From NCBI GenBank assembly GCA_037308085.1, contig CP147779.1:448001-512000 (forward strand): 64,000 bases of DNA, written 5' to 3'. This document shows positions 40,552-51,208 of the stretch, piece after piece. This DNA is from Promethearchaeati archaeon SRVP18_Atabeyarchaeia-1. Lineage in GTDB: Archaea; Asgardarchaeota; Atabeyarchaeia; Atabeyarchaeales; Atabeyarchaeaceae. A program made the translations under genes and the position numbers. How positions within the stretch are numbered: position 1 is the stretch's first letter; every line of letters begins with the position of its first letter. Below the pieces are notes generated by a model. That model saw only the letters and a list, made by a program, of their open reading frames with translations, was not told the origin of the DNA and made no database searches.

Positions 40552-41199
40552 ATGGAAGAAAAAGACGGCCTCGGACGGGCACCCAACGCCAGCCCGACGA
40601 GAAGAGTCCATATAGCCGACATTTTTGCCACCGAGAATTCCGAACCGGCCCCTTCAAAGAATGAGCGGCTAGCCAACGTCAAGATCTATGGGATAGTAAT
40701 GGATAAGAGAGTTTTCCGCAGCGAAGGTAAGGTTGACTATGGAGTCATTTCAATCGATGACGGCAGCGGATTCTTGATCCAGATAAAAACCTGGAGTGGC
40801 GAGACATCAGCAGTTGAAAAGATGGCAGTGGGAGATATGATTGACGTTGTAGGAAAAGTAAAGAAAAAGAATGCGGATGTCTATGTTATTCCAAGTATAG
40901 TTCGCAAAATCGAAGACCCCAACTGGGAGACAGTAAGAGAACTGGAGATAATGAAGGATTCTCTGGTAGAGAGCAAGGCAAGACTAACAAGGAGTGCGCC
41001 GCCTACACCTCATTCCAAAAGCATCGAATCAGAAATACTTGAAATAATAGAGGGGGGTAGCAACAGCGTCGGCGTCGAATACAAAGAACTGATAAAGCGC
41101 ATCGAACACTCGAGTGAGGAAGAGATTAAAAAGACTCTGAAGGAACTACTTGATCAAGGAAAGATCTATGAGTCAAGGCCGAATAGGTATAGAAAATGA
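40552..41199 (+). CDS. RPA2/RPA32-like protein (OB fold plus winged helix)
   Basis: IDDGSG, DVVGKV, C-terminal LLDQGKIYE. Confidence 0.8.
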   Translation: MEEKDGLGRAPNASPTRRVHIADIFATENSEPAPSKNERLANVKIYGIVMDKRVFRSEGKVDYGVISIDDGSGFLIQIKTWSGETSAVEKMAVGDMIDVVGKVKKKNADVYVIPSIVRKIEDPNWETVRELEIMKDSLVESKARLTRSAPPTPHSKSIESEILEIIEGGSNSVGVEYKELIKRIEHSSEEEIKKTLKELLDQGKIYESRPNRYRK

Positions 41200-41227
41200 C
41201 GACTCGGAGCTGGAGGTAAGAAATCTT

Positions 41228-41641
41228 ATGGGCGAGTACGACTATGAGCATCTGCTTGACAGGGCAAGGTCTTCGGTCCCTGAAAAACTCTTTGCGAAGG
41301 ATAGGTTTGACGTTCCATTGGCGTCAATCTTTCCAGAAGGAAGCAGGACGTTCGTTCTGAACTTTAAGGAAATCTGCGATACATTAAATCGTGACCCAAA
41401 CCAGCTGATGAAGTTCCTTCTTAGGGAGCTGGCCACATCAGGACTCGTTGAGGGTAACAGAGCCGTTTTTCAAGGCAAATTCTCTGACTCGACTCTTAAT
41501 GATCTCATCAAGAGGTACACGAAGGACTATGTATTGTGCCCACTCTGTGGTCAGCCTGATACGACGCTGAAGAAGGAGGGGAGGGTAACCATTCTTGTGT
41601 GTGACGCGTGTGGGGCCAGAAACCCTGTGAGACCTACGTAG
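41228..41641 (+). CDS. eif2b: Translation initiation factor 2 beta
   Basis: YEHLLDRA, NRDP, CPLCGQPDT, CDACGA. Confidence 0.93.
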   Translation: MGEYDYEHLLDRARSSVPEKLFAKDRFDVPLASIFPEGSRTFVLNFKEICDTLNRDPNQLMKFLLRELATSGLVEGNRAVFQGKFSDSTLNDLIKRYTKDYVLCPLCGQPDTTLKKEGRVTILVCDACGARNPVRPT

Positions 41642-41672
41642 TTGACCCCATAGGTACGAATGAGGGAAAACT

Positions 41673-41969
41673 ATGGAGATATACCTGAAGGAATTCCACT
41701 CAAAGGGAGATGTGGTCGTTGCGGCTTGCGACCCAGAACTCCTTGGAAAATGTTTCAAAGAAGGCAGACTAGTGTTAGACGTGAGAAAGGAGTTCTATGA
41801 AGGGTCCCTAGTAAGCGTTGAGGAGGCGCTAGCGGCAATAGAATCTTCAACGATAGCAAACATTGTCGGAGAGAAGATCGTATTCAACGCAATCAAAGCA
41901 GGTCTCATTTGCGAGGAGAGCGTGCTAACAATCTCAAAAGTTCCACACGCTCAGAGGATTGTACTCTGA
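41673..41969 (+). CDS. DUF424 family protein
   Basis: VAACDPELLG, FYEG, ANIVG, VPHAQ. Confidence 0.88.
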   Translation: MEIYLKEFHSKGDVVVAACDPELLGKCFKEGRLVLDVRKEFYEGSLVSVEEALAAIESSTIANIVGEKIVFNAIKAGLICEESVLTISKVPHAQRIVL

Positions 41970-42033
41970 TACGAGTATCCTTCAGTTGTGCCTCCACTTT
42001 TTCGTGTATGATGTCGCGACAGGTGAGCAAAGA

Positions 42034-42825
42034 ATGGCTAACCGAAAGCGGTTTTGCGTCGTCTGTGGTTCCGAAGAGACCCAGACCAATAGATTGTATA
42101 ATGGCCTCTGCGGGAGATGCTCAGCAATCGAGAAACCCAGCGAAATCATCAACACGACTCCAACAATCAGACTATGTAAGATATGCGGAAGTCTTGAAGA
42201 AAAGGGAAAGTGGATTGCTCCTAGCTCAGGGAAGCTGCAAGAAGATCTATCAACTCTATTGAGGAGAATGGCGACAAAGTTCGTCAGAGTTGAAAAAGAA
42301 GAGCGTGTCGAAGTATCAATTCCACAGATGCCGATTCCGATAGGCTCGAAAAGTGTACTCATACCTTTCTGCATTAGGACTAAGGGTGCCACCGGACAGC
42401 ACGAGCATCCGCAACGAGAGTCCATGGCAAAAGTGAGGCTAACGCCCTCGATATGCTCTAACTGTACCCTGATGAAGCAGAAGTACTACGAGGCAACGCT
42501 CCAAGTCAGAACGTCCGACAAAAAGATGCGCCCAGAGGAAAGGGAGAACCTGTTGGGCAGAATAGATGCGTGGGTAGAAGAAGGGAGAAGAAAGGATAAA
42601 CAAGCTTTTATATCAAAGTATGAAGATAAGCCTGAAGGATTCGACCTGTACTTGGGATCGCGTAGTCTAGCTTACTCGATTGCCTCGAAATTCAGAGCAA
42701 TGAAAGGAACAAGCATCAAGGAAACATTCAAGATAGGAAATGTAGATAAGTCCACGGGCAAACGGAAGAGTAAAGCAACAATCCTGATAAGACTCCCCCC
42801 GCAAATAGTCGATGGTCCAGCTTAA
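42034..42825 (+). CDS. NMD3-family protein
   Basis: FCVVCG, LCGRC, CKICG, CSNC...YYEATLQVR. Confidence 0.85.
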   Translation: MANRKRFCVVCGSEETQTNRLYNGLCGRCSAIEKPSEIINTTPTIRLCKICGSLEEKGKWIAPSSGKLQEDLSTLLRRMATKFVRVEKEERVEVSIPQMPIPIGSKSVLIPFCIRTKGATGQHEHPQRESMAKVRLTPSICSNCTLMKQKYYEATLQVRTSDKKMRPEERENLLGRIDAWVEEGRRKDKQAFISKYEDKPEGFDLYLGSRSLAYSIASKFRAMKGTSIKETFKIGNVDKSTGKRKSKATILIRLPPQIVDGPA

Positions 42826-42930
42826 GAATGTGGGAAATCCACACATTATCAGAAGAATTAAAAACCTTGACCAACCATGTCTAGCCAGACAACCCTCACG
42901 CCAGACATGGCATGATCATGTTCAGGAGCG

Positions 42931-43257
42931 ATGGCATTGCCAAAGAAAACTAGAGGAGTTCAAGAACCCAGCTACGAAAGTGAAATCAAGCAAACCCGGA
43001 TTCCCGGCAAGGGCGAAGTTGTTGGCGTGATTGTTCAACAACTTGGGTTTGATAGAGTAATGGTCAAGTGCGCCGACGGGTTTTCCCGCCTCTGCCGAAT
43101 CCCAGGCAGGATGAAGAAACGGGTATGGCTTAGAGATGGAGACATCGTGTTGGTGGCTCCATGGGATTTCCAGTTTGAGAAACGGGCTGACGTTGTATGG
43201 CGATACACTAGGTCCCAAGCCGAATGGCTCAAGAATAGGGGCTACCTGAAGCTCTGA
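42931..43257 (+). CDS. eif1a: Translation initiation factor 1A
   Basis: CRIPGRMKKRVW, APWDFQ, WRYT. Confidence 0.95.
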   Translation: MALPKKTRGVQEPSYESEIKQTRIPGKGEVVGVIVQQLGFDRVMVKCADGFSRLCRIPGRMKKRVWLRDGDIVLVAPWDFQFEKRADVVWRYTRSQAEWLKNRGYLKL

Positions 43258-43460
43258 GTCTGCTCCTGCATTTTCCTACCTTCCCTCTTATCACACTATT
43301 GCTCCTCTTTTCAGCAACTTCTTTTCATCTCTTCGCCTTGCCAGACGCGTCTGCAGGCGGAGACGTAGAATATTTAAGCGTCCGACTGGATCGCTTTCGT
43401 TGCACGTCCTCCCACCCATGAGGAGAGTGGGCATTTCCGCAGCCCAGAGGCGAATTACCC

Positions 43461-44246
43461 ATGGTAGGCGACGCTCTTGAGAATCTTGAACGCAATAGAA
43501 TAGACGCTCGAAACTTCAGAGTGAAGCGTAGCGAGGATCTCAAGACCATCGAAGGCGTTATCGATCAGTCTACTATGCTGGCGCTGTATAGTCTGATGAA
43601 CAAGAACATCATTAAAGTAATTCATGGTGTTGTGGCAACAGGCAAAGAGTCAAACGTATATTGGGCTCAAGACGGTGCGGGAAAGAGCGCCGCTCTTAAG
43701 ATCTATCGAACCTCGACGGCTGATTTTAGGCGGATGCGGGAGTATGTGATGGGAGATCCCCGCTTTGAGAGGATTAAACGTGGAACGCGCTCTCTGATAT
43801 TCACCTGGGCCGAGAAGGAATTTAAGAACCTAATGATAGCCCAAGAGGCAGGTGTCCGCGTACCCAGACCAATCGCCGTGGAAAAAAATGTACTTGTAAT
43901 GGAGTTCATAGGTAAGGAAGGTACGCCCGCCCCCAGAATGAAGGATAAGCCGCCCAGCAATCCTTCTGCCACATTCAAGAAGATTCTTCGTTACGTGGAC
44001 CTGTTATACAAGAAAGGCAAGATAGTGCATGCCGACCTCAGTGAGTACAACGTCTTGATGTGGAAGGGACCTGTAATAATAGATGTTTCGCAGGCCGTGC
44101 ACACGTCTCATCCAGCTTCTAAGGAGTACCTACAGAGGGACCTGCGCAACACAATAAAGTATTTCACTTCCCTTGGGGTTTCCACCAAAAGCATCCCCCT
44201 CATCTATGAAGATATTACTGGTGAAAAAATGGAGAATTACGGTTAG
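43461..44246 (+). CDS. rio1: RIO1 kinase
   Basis: TGKESNVY, WAEKEFKNL, HADLSEYN, IDVSQA. Confidence 0.93.
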   Translation: MVGDALENLERNRIDARNFRVKRSEDLKTIEGVIDQSTMLALYSLMNKNIIKVIHGVVATGKESNVYWAQDGAGKSAALKIYRTSTADFRRMREYVMGDPRFERIKRGTRSLIFTWAEKEFKNLMIAQEAGVRVPRPIAVEKNVLVMEFIGKEGTPAPRMKDKPPSNPSATFKKILRYVDLLYKKGKIVHADLSEYNVLMWKGPVIIDVSQAVHTSHPASKEYLQRDLRNTIKYFTSLGVSTKSIPLIYEDITGEKMENYG

Positions 44247-44279
44247 TTCCCCCTACTTCGAAGGAATCGGTGTCTTAGT

Positions 44280-44858
44280 ATGCAAGCGAGAGAAGTAGTT
44301 AAGGTCCCACAGATAAGAGTGGGCGTAGTCATTGGAAAGAATGGCGAAATCAAGAGAAGGATCGAAGAGGAAACAAAGACAAAGGTCACTATAGACAGCA
44401 AAGAAGGCAACGTCACCATTGAGGCTTCTGAGACGACTGATGACCCACTTGCCGTTTGGAGAGCAAGAGATATTGTTGTCGCGATAGCAAGAGGATTCAG
44501 CCCCAAGAAGTCTTTCAGATTGTTCGACGAGGACGAAGCGATGGAAGTGATAGACCTGACTGACTTTGTGGGGAGATCGGAGAATGCCCTAAAGAGAATA
44601 AGAGGGAGGATAATCGGGGAAAACGGCAAGGCTAGACGCACAATAGAGGAGCTCACCGGCGTTAATATGTCAGTGTATGGGCGCACGGTCAGCCTTATTG
44701 GAGAATATGATCAGCTAACAGCGGCCAAGGAATCAATCATGCTTCTTATTCATGGAGCGCAGCATAGGACGGTCTATCGATTTCTCTATAGAAAGAGCAG
44801 GGAACTCAAGAAAGAGAGGCTTCAGTTATGGAAACCGGTGCAAGAAGCGAAAGGATAG
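44280..44858 (+). CDS. Dim2/Pno1 KH-domain rRNA-processing protein
   Basis: IGKNG, AIARGFSP, GRIIGENG, GAQHRTVY. Confidence 0.9.
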   Translation: MQAREVVKVPQIRVGVVIGKNGEIKRRIEEETKTKVTIDSKEGNVTIEASETTDDPLAVWRARDIVVAIARGFSPKKSFRLFDEDEAMEVIDLTDFVGRSENALKRIRGRIIGENGKARRTIEELTGVNMSVYGRTVSLIGEYDQLTAAKESIMLLIHGAQHRTVYRFLYRKSRELKKERLQLWKPVQEAKG

Positions 44859-44979
44859 CGACGTGCTACTCTTTATACTTGGCTGAAAATCCTTGACGAT
44901 GGCTTTCCGAAAACCTTAATATTGCTCGCCGTTTCTACATATTTTGCAAAATCCGCGTCTGGGATTTCCCAGTGCACGC

Positions 44980-45126
44980 GCCGGGGTAGCTCAGCCAGGT
45001 AGAGCAGCGGGCTGTTAACCCGTCGGTCACACATGTCTAGTCGACGTGGACCACAGGTTCGAATGCTTGGAGGACATTGTCTGTCAACCATATCGTCCAA
45101 AGCCGAATTTCCTGTCCCCGGCGCCA
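44980..45126 (+). tRNA. tRNA-Asn(GTT) with two introns (50/51, 59/60)
   Basis: GCCGGGG acceptor, loop CT-GTT-AA, BHB helices GGTC/GACC and TTCG/CGAA. Confidence 0.88.
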
Positions 45127-45193
45127 AGACGCGCATAGCCTGCCGACAAGACGGGCCATAACCGACGGCAGAATGACACAAGACAGTACACGT

Positions 45194-45318
45194 GCTCCGG
45201 TAGTCTAGCCCGGTCATCCCTCTGGGTCCGAAAGGATAGAGGCCCTTCGAGCCTCCGACGCGGGAAGCCTTGCTCAAACAAGAAAGGCTCGCGAATCCGA
45301 ATCCCGCCCGGAGCACCA
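45194..45318 (+). tRNA. tRNA-Glu(TTC) with two introns (D loop, 53/54); C33 and C55
   Basis: GCTCCGG acceptor, GAGGC-CCTTCGA-GCCTC, spliced T arm GCGGG-TCCGAAT-CCCGC. Confidence 0.82.
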
Positions 45319-45497
45319 TTCATCGGCAAAGTGGTTCAGATGCCGTGGCTGACCTACACCTGCGAGAATAATCGCCACTATACGAAGTGACCCGATGGAA
45401 CTCCTTTCCCTAGAAGACTTCACAAACTTGGAACAGTAGTTTTAAATAGATAGGACTCGGGGGGAATACACAACGGACGGAGTGGCAGGAGGATTGC

Positions 45498-46238
45498 GTG
45501 TTGAAGAAAAGTCTTCTGATTACCTTTGCAGCACTAACGATTCTCCTAGTCGTCTCTGTGACCTCTTACACCTCGTCCGCGGCAGACGGCAATAAGCTGT
45601 ATGGAGCACCCTCCCCGGCATACACCAAAGTCGGCGTGAAAGTAGGCGACTGGGCAGACTACTCAGTGAGCTCAAACCCGAATTTCCCGGCTGACGGAAT
45701 TCACTTGTGGTTCACAGCCATAAGTGGAACCATGGTCACATTCAGCTGGAGGACCCATTTTATCAATGAAACCGTGAGCACTACAACGGGCACTGAAAAC
45801 ATTTCCCGACACGGTTCATTCGCCTATTTCTGGTTGGTCTGTCCGGACTTGGGAACAGGTGACCAGCTCGCCTTCAACAACCCGTATACGATAAACGGGA
45901 CTTCCAGCATGTCTACCGGAGGCGAAGTTAGGTCAGTCAGCCACTTCAACATCAGCCACTCAGACATCCTTTACTTCCCTGGCGTTGACTATCTCGACAT
46001 CTACTGGGACCAGGCGACTGGGCTTGGGGTCCTGAGTACCCACCACGAAGCCGCGGGCTGGTATAACTACACCTTAACTGGCACATCTTTGTGGGGTCAA
46101 GGGATCCCAGTAGCATTCTTCGTCTTAGGTGTGGGCGCTGCTGCAGTCTTGATAGCAATTTCTTTGATCGTATTGCCAAGACGCGCAGCAAAGAGGATGG
46201 CCACCAAGCCAAAAGATCTGCCATCTGCTGGAAAGTGA
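45498..46238 (+). CDS. Secreted, C-terminally membrane-anchored protein
   Basis: Signal peptide, GVKVGDW...YWDQATG core, N-glycosylation sequons, C-terminal TM. Confidence 0.8.
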   Translation: MLKKSLLITFAALTILLVVSVTSYTSSAADGNKLYGAPSPAYTKVGVKVGDWADYSVSSNPNFPADGIHLWFTAISGTMVTFSWRTHFINETVSTTTGTENISRHGSFAYFWLVCPDLGTGDQLAFNNPYTINGTSSMSTGGEVRSVSHFNISHSDILYFPGVDYLDIYWDQATGLGVLSTHHEAAGWYNYTLTGTSLWGQGIPVAFFVLGVGAAAVLIAISLIVLPRRAAKRMATKPKDLPSAGK

Positions 46239-46920
46239 AGGCGGAGGAGGAGAAGCTGGGTAAAGAGGCAAGCGATGCGGTGGACAGGACAAAAGACAAA
46301 GTGCGCAGTGCACAGGGCAAGAGCGCCAAGAAAGTGGACGATAACGGTACGCCTACCGACTGAGCAGAAAACGAGGCAAGCAGCCGTCTCATTTTTCTGG
46401 GTATCCTCGCATCGCTTGATCACGACGTCCGCTGCGAGGAAGCCCACATCCATCTAGGGGTGGGCGGTTCATGGCGCTGGGAGTCACATATATGTGGCTT
46501 GTCCCCTGTTTTGGTAGAAGCGAGTCAGAGGGGGTGATAAGGGAATTTGACGAAGAACCTTGCATCTTATCGTGGAGGGATGACGCTGGCAATAGCCGGT
46601 TTCATCTTTTCCCTGTTTGGTTTCTTGTCCGTTATGTTCAGCTCTGGATTGTCTTGGCTTCAAGGACTCCCGTTAATGGTTTTTGGTATTTCACTTGAGT
46701 TGCTGGGCATTGCCTATCGTCAATGACACGATGCCTAGCCATCGCCAAACGTATGCTGGATTAACTGGGAAGTCCAACTTTCTTTTTTTTACGTATTCTT
46801 CGGACTCCGTTTCAACTCGGTGTCTCAGTCTTGTGCCAATTCATTCTGCAGGGACGTTAAGACTATAAGCCAAAGAAGGTGTCATTATGCTTGTCTAGTA
46901 GACGGAGGAGACGATTCGAT

Positions 46921-47397
46921 ATGAATGACAAGTTCCACATGGTTGGCACTAGAATTCCAGAGTTCAGCCTCCCGAATTCCAGAGGAGAGAACGTCAACAT
47001 AAGGGATTTTGAAGGCAAGAAGAACGTCGTCATAATCCTGCTAAGGGGCATAAGCTGACCATACTGTAGAGGACACCTTGCCGGACTTGCAAGTGGCTAC
47101 GAAGGGTTTGAGCAACTGAACGCAACGCTGTATCCTATTACCGCGGACAAATTAGAGAATGCTGAGAAAATGGAGGAAAAATACGCCAAGGGAAGATATC
47201 CGGTGTTCTATGATCAGAGTAAGAAGGTTGCAGACATGTTGCACCAAGAGGTCATCATTCACAAGTTCGGGAGGATGCCGGCTCTACTGGTTGTAGACAA
47301 GAAGGGAATGGTTCGATACGCGCATTACGGCGAATCAATGAGGGACATTCCCAAGAACGAGGAGATATTCGGGGTGCTCAAGGAATTCGTGGATTAG
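46921..47397 (+). CDS. Peroxiredoxin-like (AhpC/TSA) selenoprotein (UxxC)
   Basis: PEFSLPNSRGENV...LLRGISU(TGA 47056-47058)PYC continues in frame into ORF 47170-47397. Confidence 0.85.
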
Positions 47398-47474
47398 AGA
47401 TTTGGTGGGGTAAGACAGAAAAGACAGATGAAGTCTATACCCTTAACTTGGCCAAAGTGACCAGATCTCGACCT

Positions 47475-47990
47475 TCACCTTTTTTGGGGGCGCACTTCTG
47501 CCGCCCACGAGTCCTTCCCGTCTTGCTGTTGTAGTATTCTGTCCACGCATCTCCTCACATATACTTCTATTTCCCTGATGGAACGTTCAAAAACCTCTAC
47601 TGGTTTTTCCCAAAGATCTTCCATATCCCTATCGTCGGAAAAGCCGGCGCAATTCTTGATCGTGAGGATCTTCGCCTTGGTCTTTGGAAACATGCCCTCT
47701 AGTTCTGCCACCTGCTTCTTATCAAAAACCAAGATCAGATCAGCCGCCTCAACCAAGCTAACATTCACCTGTCTGGGCTTGTGACGAGATAGATCAACGC
47801 CGTACTTTCGGGCCACCTCAACTATTTCCTGCGGTAATGGCTGACCTCTATACTCAAGTATTCCAGCCGATTCCACCTTTATGCTCGAGTTTCCAAGAAG
47901 TTTCTTAGTTATCCGTTCGGCGAACGGGCTTCTGAAGACATTTCCTGTACAAACGTATAGTATGCTCTTGATGGGCATTTGAAACACCAT
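47475..47990 (-). CDS. Low-molecular-weight phosphatase/arsenate reductase family protein
   Basis: VCTGNVFRS CX5R loop, ESAG, ADLIL. Confidence 0.85.
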   Translation of the reverse strand: MVFQMPIKSILYVCTGNVFRSPFAERITKKLLGNSSIKVESAGILEYRGQPLPQEIVEVARKYGVDLSRHKPRQVNVSLVEAADLILVFDKKQVAELEGMFPKTKAKILTIKNCAGFSDDRDMEDLWEKPVEVFERSIREIEVYVRRCVDRILQQQDGKDSWAAEVRPQKR

Positions 47991-48099
47991 CTTGGCGATT
48001 CTTACTTGTGGAAGGAACGATATAGCGTTTGATGGGTTGACACAGAGCTTTTTATTTAGTACATTGTATCTGGTTAATATCCACTGTGGAGGGCTTTGC

Positions 48100-49545
48100 A
48101 TGAGTGCGGTGAAGAATTACGATCTTATTGTCGTCGGAACCGGCTCCGCTATGGCGATAGTGGACGCCATGATCAATGAGAATACTCACCTAAAAGTCGC
48201 GGTCATAGACAAGGATGATCCCGGCGGTATCTGCTTGACACGAGGCTGTATCCCATCAAAGCTACTTGTTTACCCCGCAGAGATAGTGCGAACAATAGAG
48301 AGAGCAAATGAGTTTGGAATCGACGTGAACCTGAGGAAAGTGGATTTCGCCAAGGTTATGGAGAGAATGCGGTCCCACCTAGGTCCCGAGATTAAGATGA
48401 TCAGAGAGGGGCTCTCCAGCGCTGCAAACATGGACTACTATCCCATTGCAGCTGAGTTCATCGCCCCGTACAAGTTGAAAGCTGGAAAAGACGTCATAAC
48501 CTCGAAGATGATTATTCTCTGCACCGGGTCCAGACCCATGATACCCCCAATCAATGGGCTTGACAAGGTAGGCTATCTCACAAGCGACACACTGCTCGGA
48601 ATCACTCGCCTGCCCGATAGCGTGATGATAGTAGGTGGTGGATTCATAGCTGCGGAGTATGGACACTTCTTCTCATCTATGGGCTCGAAAGTCACAATAA
48701 TCGGTCGCGCACCACAATTCCTCCCGGAGGAAGAACCAGAGATCGGTGCTCTATCAAAAAGGGAGATGCAGAGACACATGACAATCATCACAAACCACGA
48801 GGTTGTAGACGCCAACAAGACAGCTTCAGGAAAGAAGAAGCTCATAGTAGTAGATCGCTCGACCAAGAATAGGACCGAAGTTATCGGCGACGAGATACTG
48901 GTGGCAGCCGGAAGAGCATCAAATTCGGATGTGCTTCATCCAGAGAAGGCTGGAATCGCCACAGATAAGAATGGATGGATCATCGTCAACGAGCACCTCG
49001 AAACCAACCAGCCAAACATATGGGCTCTGGGTGACGCAGACGGCAAGTATCCCTTCAAACACAAAGCGAACTATGAGTCCCTAGTCTTATACCACAACGC
49101 TGTTTTGAAGGACAACATGAAGGCAGATTACCATGCAATTCCACACGCAATTTTCTCGTTCCCCGAGATTGCGAGTGTGGGGCTGAAGGAGAGAGAAGCA
49201 ATAGAGAGACTTGGCGAAGATAAGATCCTCATTGGTATCCAGAGATACGAAGACACTGCAAAAGGAGAAGCCATGGGGGTTAAGGATTTCTTCGTCAAGG
49301 CAATCGTGGAAAAAGAAACCATGAAGATCCTGGGGGCGCACATCATCGGCCCAAGTGCATCCATTCTCATACAGGAGATAATAGACTTGATGTACACGCC
49401 ACAGCAAAGCGCACTACCAATAACTCAAGGAATGCATATCCACCCAGCGCTCACCGAAGTGGTAGAAAGAGCCTTCGCAAACCTCATGTCTCCAGATCAG
49501 TATCACCACACTATCGAGGATCATTTCAAGCTGCCAACCCAGTGA
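48100..49545 (+). CDS. Dihydrolipoamide dehydrogenase/mycothione reductase-like flavoprotein
   Basis: GGICLTRGCIPSK, GGGFI, HIHPALTE. Confidence 0.9.
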   Translation: MSAVKNYDLIVVGTGSAMAIVDAMINENTHLKVAVIDKDDPGGICLTRGCIPSKLLVYPAEIVRTIERANEFGIDVNLRKVDFAKVMERMRSHLGPEIKMIREGLSSAANMDYYPIAAEFIAPYKLKAGKDVITSKMIILCTGSRPMIPPINGLDKVGYLTSDTLLGITRLPDSVMIVGGGFIAAEYGHFFSSMGSKVTIIGRAPQFLPEEEPEIGALSKREMQRHMTIITNHEVVDANKTASGKKKLIVVDRSTKNRTEVIGDEILVAAGRASNSDVLHPEKAGIATDKNGWIIVNEHLETNQPNIWALGDADGKYPFKHKANYESLVLYHNAVLKDNMKADYHAIPHAIFSFPEIASVGLKEREAIERLGEDKILIGIQRYEDTAKGEAMGVKDFFVKAIVEKETMKILGAHIIGPSASILIQEIIDLMYTPQQSALPITQGMHIHPALTEVVERAFANLMSPDQYHHTIEDHFKLPTQ

Positions 49546-49837
49546 AACCCATCTCAACCATTGGAGCTACCTGCCGACTCAACTGCTTTAGAAACACAAG
49601 ATCACGTTCATCAACGCGTTCCGCGCAGAGACTAAAGAAGCAACCATCTGGCAGAAGTCCCCCTTCAGGTTCAGCTTCGAGGCGACCCTTTTTGCGAGCC
49701 TTTCAGAAAATAACCTCCGTGCGTTGACATCCAACTGAGTCGCCTGACCAATTCCATGCTTCTCCGTTGAAACCACCTTAAATCCTCTTGACGTGAGGTT
49801 TCTGTCTTGGCGACTGCGGTCGGAGGTGGCAAGAAAG

Positions 49838-50359
49838 CTAGGCGATCTTTGAGGCGTCGACATCGATTCGGCATGGAGTTGGCAGTTTCATTGCAGCTCT
49901 GCGCAAGGCTTCCTTGGCGACTGGAGCCGCGTCGGATCTAACGCGGACTGTGACCAGTGGTTGTCCAACTCTCACTCTTGCTGCGCTTCCAATTGCCTTG
50001 CCGAAGGCTCGCTTCATTCCATCCTGTAACCTGTCAGCACCCGCAAAGGCCATCATCTTGTTCTCTCTGAGAATATGGTGAGGGTAAACCCTGATGAAGA
50101 GCTGGAAGTCTTCCTTCCCGATCTTCTTCGCCAAGTACTTGTTGGCTGCCTGTCTGGCTGCCTCAAGAGCCATATGCCTTATCTGCGCAGCCTCCTTAGC
50201 GAATATGGACAGCCGTACAGGATAATCACCTTCCTGCGCCGCTTTGTTCCCCATGGTGAAAATCGTTATCTTAGGCGGTGGTCCACCATGAATGTATTCT
50301 TTCCTGGTGTACGCCTGCTGCGAGATTTCTCTGTAACAATGTCCGGGGCGTTGAGGCAC
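49838..50359 (-). CDS. rpl10e: Ribosomal protein uL16 (L10e)
   Basis: YTRKEYI, LEAAR, RENKM, GADRLQDGM. Confidence 0.96.
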   Translation of the reverse strand: MPQRPGHCYREISQQAYTRKEYIHGGPPPKITIFTMGNKAAQEGDYPVRLSIFAKEAAQIRHMALEAARQAANKYLAKKIGKEDFQLFIRVYPHHILRENKMMAFAGADRLQDGMKRAFGKAIGSAARVRVGQPLVTVRVRSDAAPVAKEALRRAAMKLPTPCRIDVDASKIA

Positions 50360-50463
50360 TCTATGTCACCTATCCAAACCCAATTGATTCGATCTACAGA
50401 TTAGAACACGTACTCCTCCAAAGCGCCTAGGAAGTATTGGGGTAGCTAGCTTCTGTGCCATAT

Positions 50464-51075
50464 TTAAGAGTTTTGTCCTTCCAGTGGTTCTCGCCTGCAC
50501 CGAAGTTCCTCGTCTCTATAAATCTTGCTTGGTTCGGGACCAACTTGGTGCTGGTATTTCGATCCTCTATCTGGGTGTCCGTATGGCCTTTCCGAAGGCG
50601 AGGACAACATCTCAAAAACTATTTGGCACACTCTCTGGCCCGGGTACAAGGCAACTGGCAACTTTCCCACATTCGACATCTCAAGCGTCAAATGCCCGTC
50701 GAAGCAGCTGTCGACGAACCCCGCTGTCGCATGGATCACGACAGCAATTCTACCCAAGCTTGAACGACCTTCAAGCCTTCCTACAAGGTTGTTCGGAAGC
50801 TTCACCCGTTCCACCGTCGTCGCCAAAACAAACTCATAAGGATGAAGAATGAAGGGTTTCCCGTCCTCGACCTTTATTACCTCAGTATACTTTTCAAGAT
50901 CCTTGTCGTTCAACGGATCTATGTAGGCCTTCTCCGAGGGCTTGAACACTCTAAACAGATTGCCGAGCCGTAGATCCACAGAGGAAGGTTGTATCTGCGT
51001 AGCCGGATCAAGAGGCTCTATGAGCAGCTCATTGGTTTTGAGGAGCTTCTTGATATCCCTATCAGAAAGGATCAA
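50464..51075 (-). CDS. dcd: dCTP deaminase
   Basis: QPSSVDLRL, GRSSLGR, HATAGFVD, SKYQ. Confidence 0.95.
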   Translation of the reverse strand: MILSDRDIKKLLKTNELLIEPLDPATQIQPSSVDLRLGNLFRVFKPSEKAYIDPLNDKDLEKYTEVIKVEDGKPFILHPYEFVLATTVERVKLPNNLVGRLEGRSSLGRIAVVIHATAGFVDSCFDGHLTLEMSNVGKLPVALYPGQRVCQIVFEMLSSPSERPYGHPDRGSKYQHQVGPEPSKIYRDEELRCRREPLEGQNS

Positions 51076-51208
51076 CCCTCAAGGCGCCCTCCAACTTTGC
51101 TTGTCATTGATCGTTCTGCCTCTCATCCTTAGATCATCGGTCTCGACCTGCTTTTAAGATGTTTGTATGATAACTTACAGAAGCGATTTCCTCTTCATCC
51201 GCATGGCG

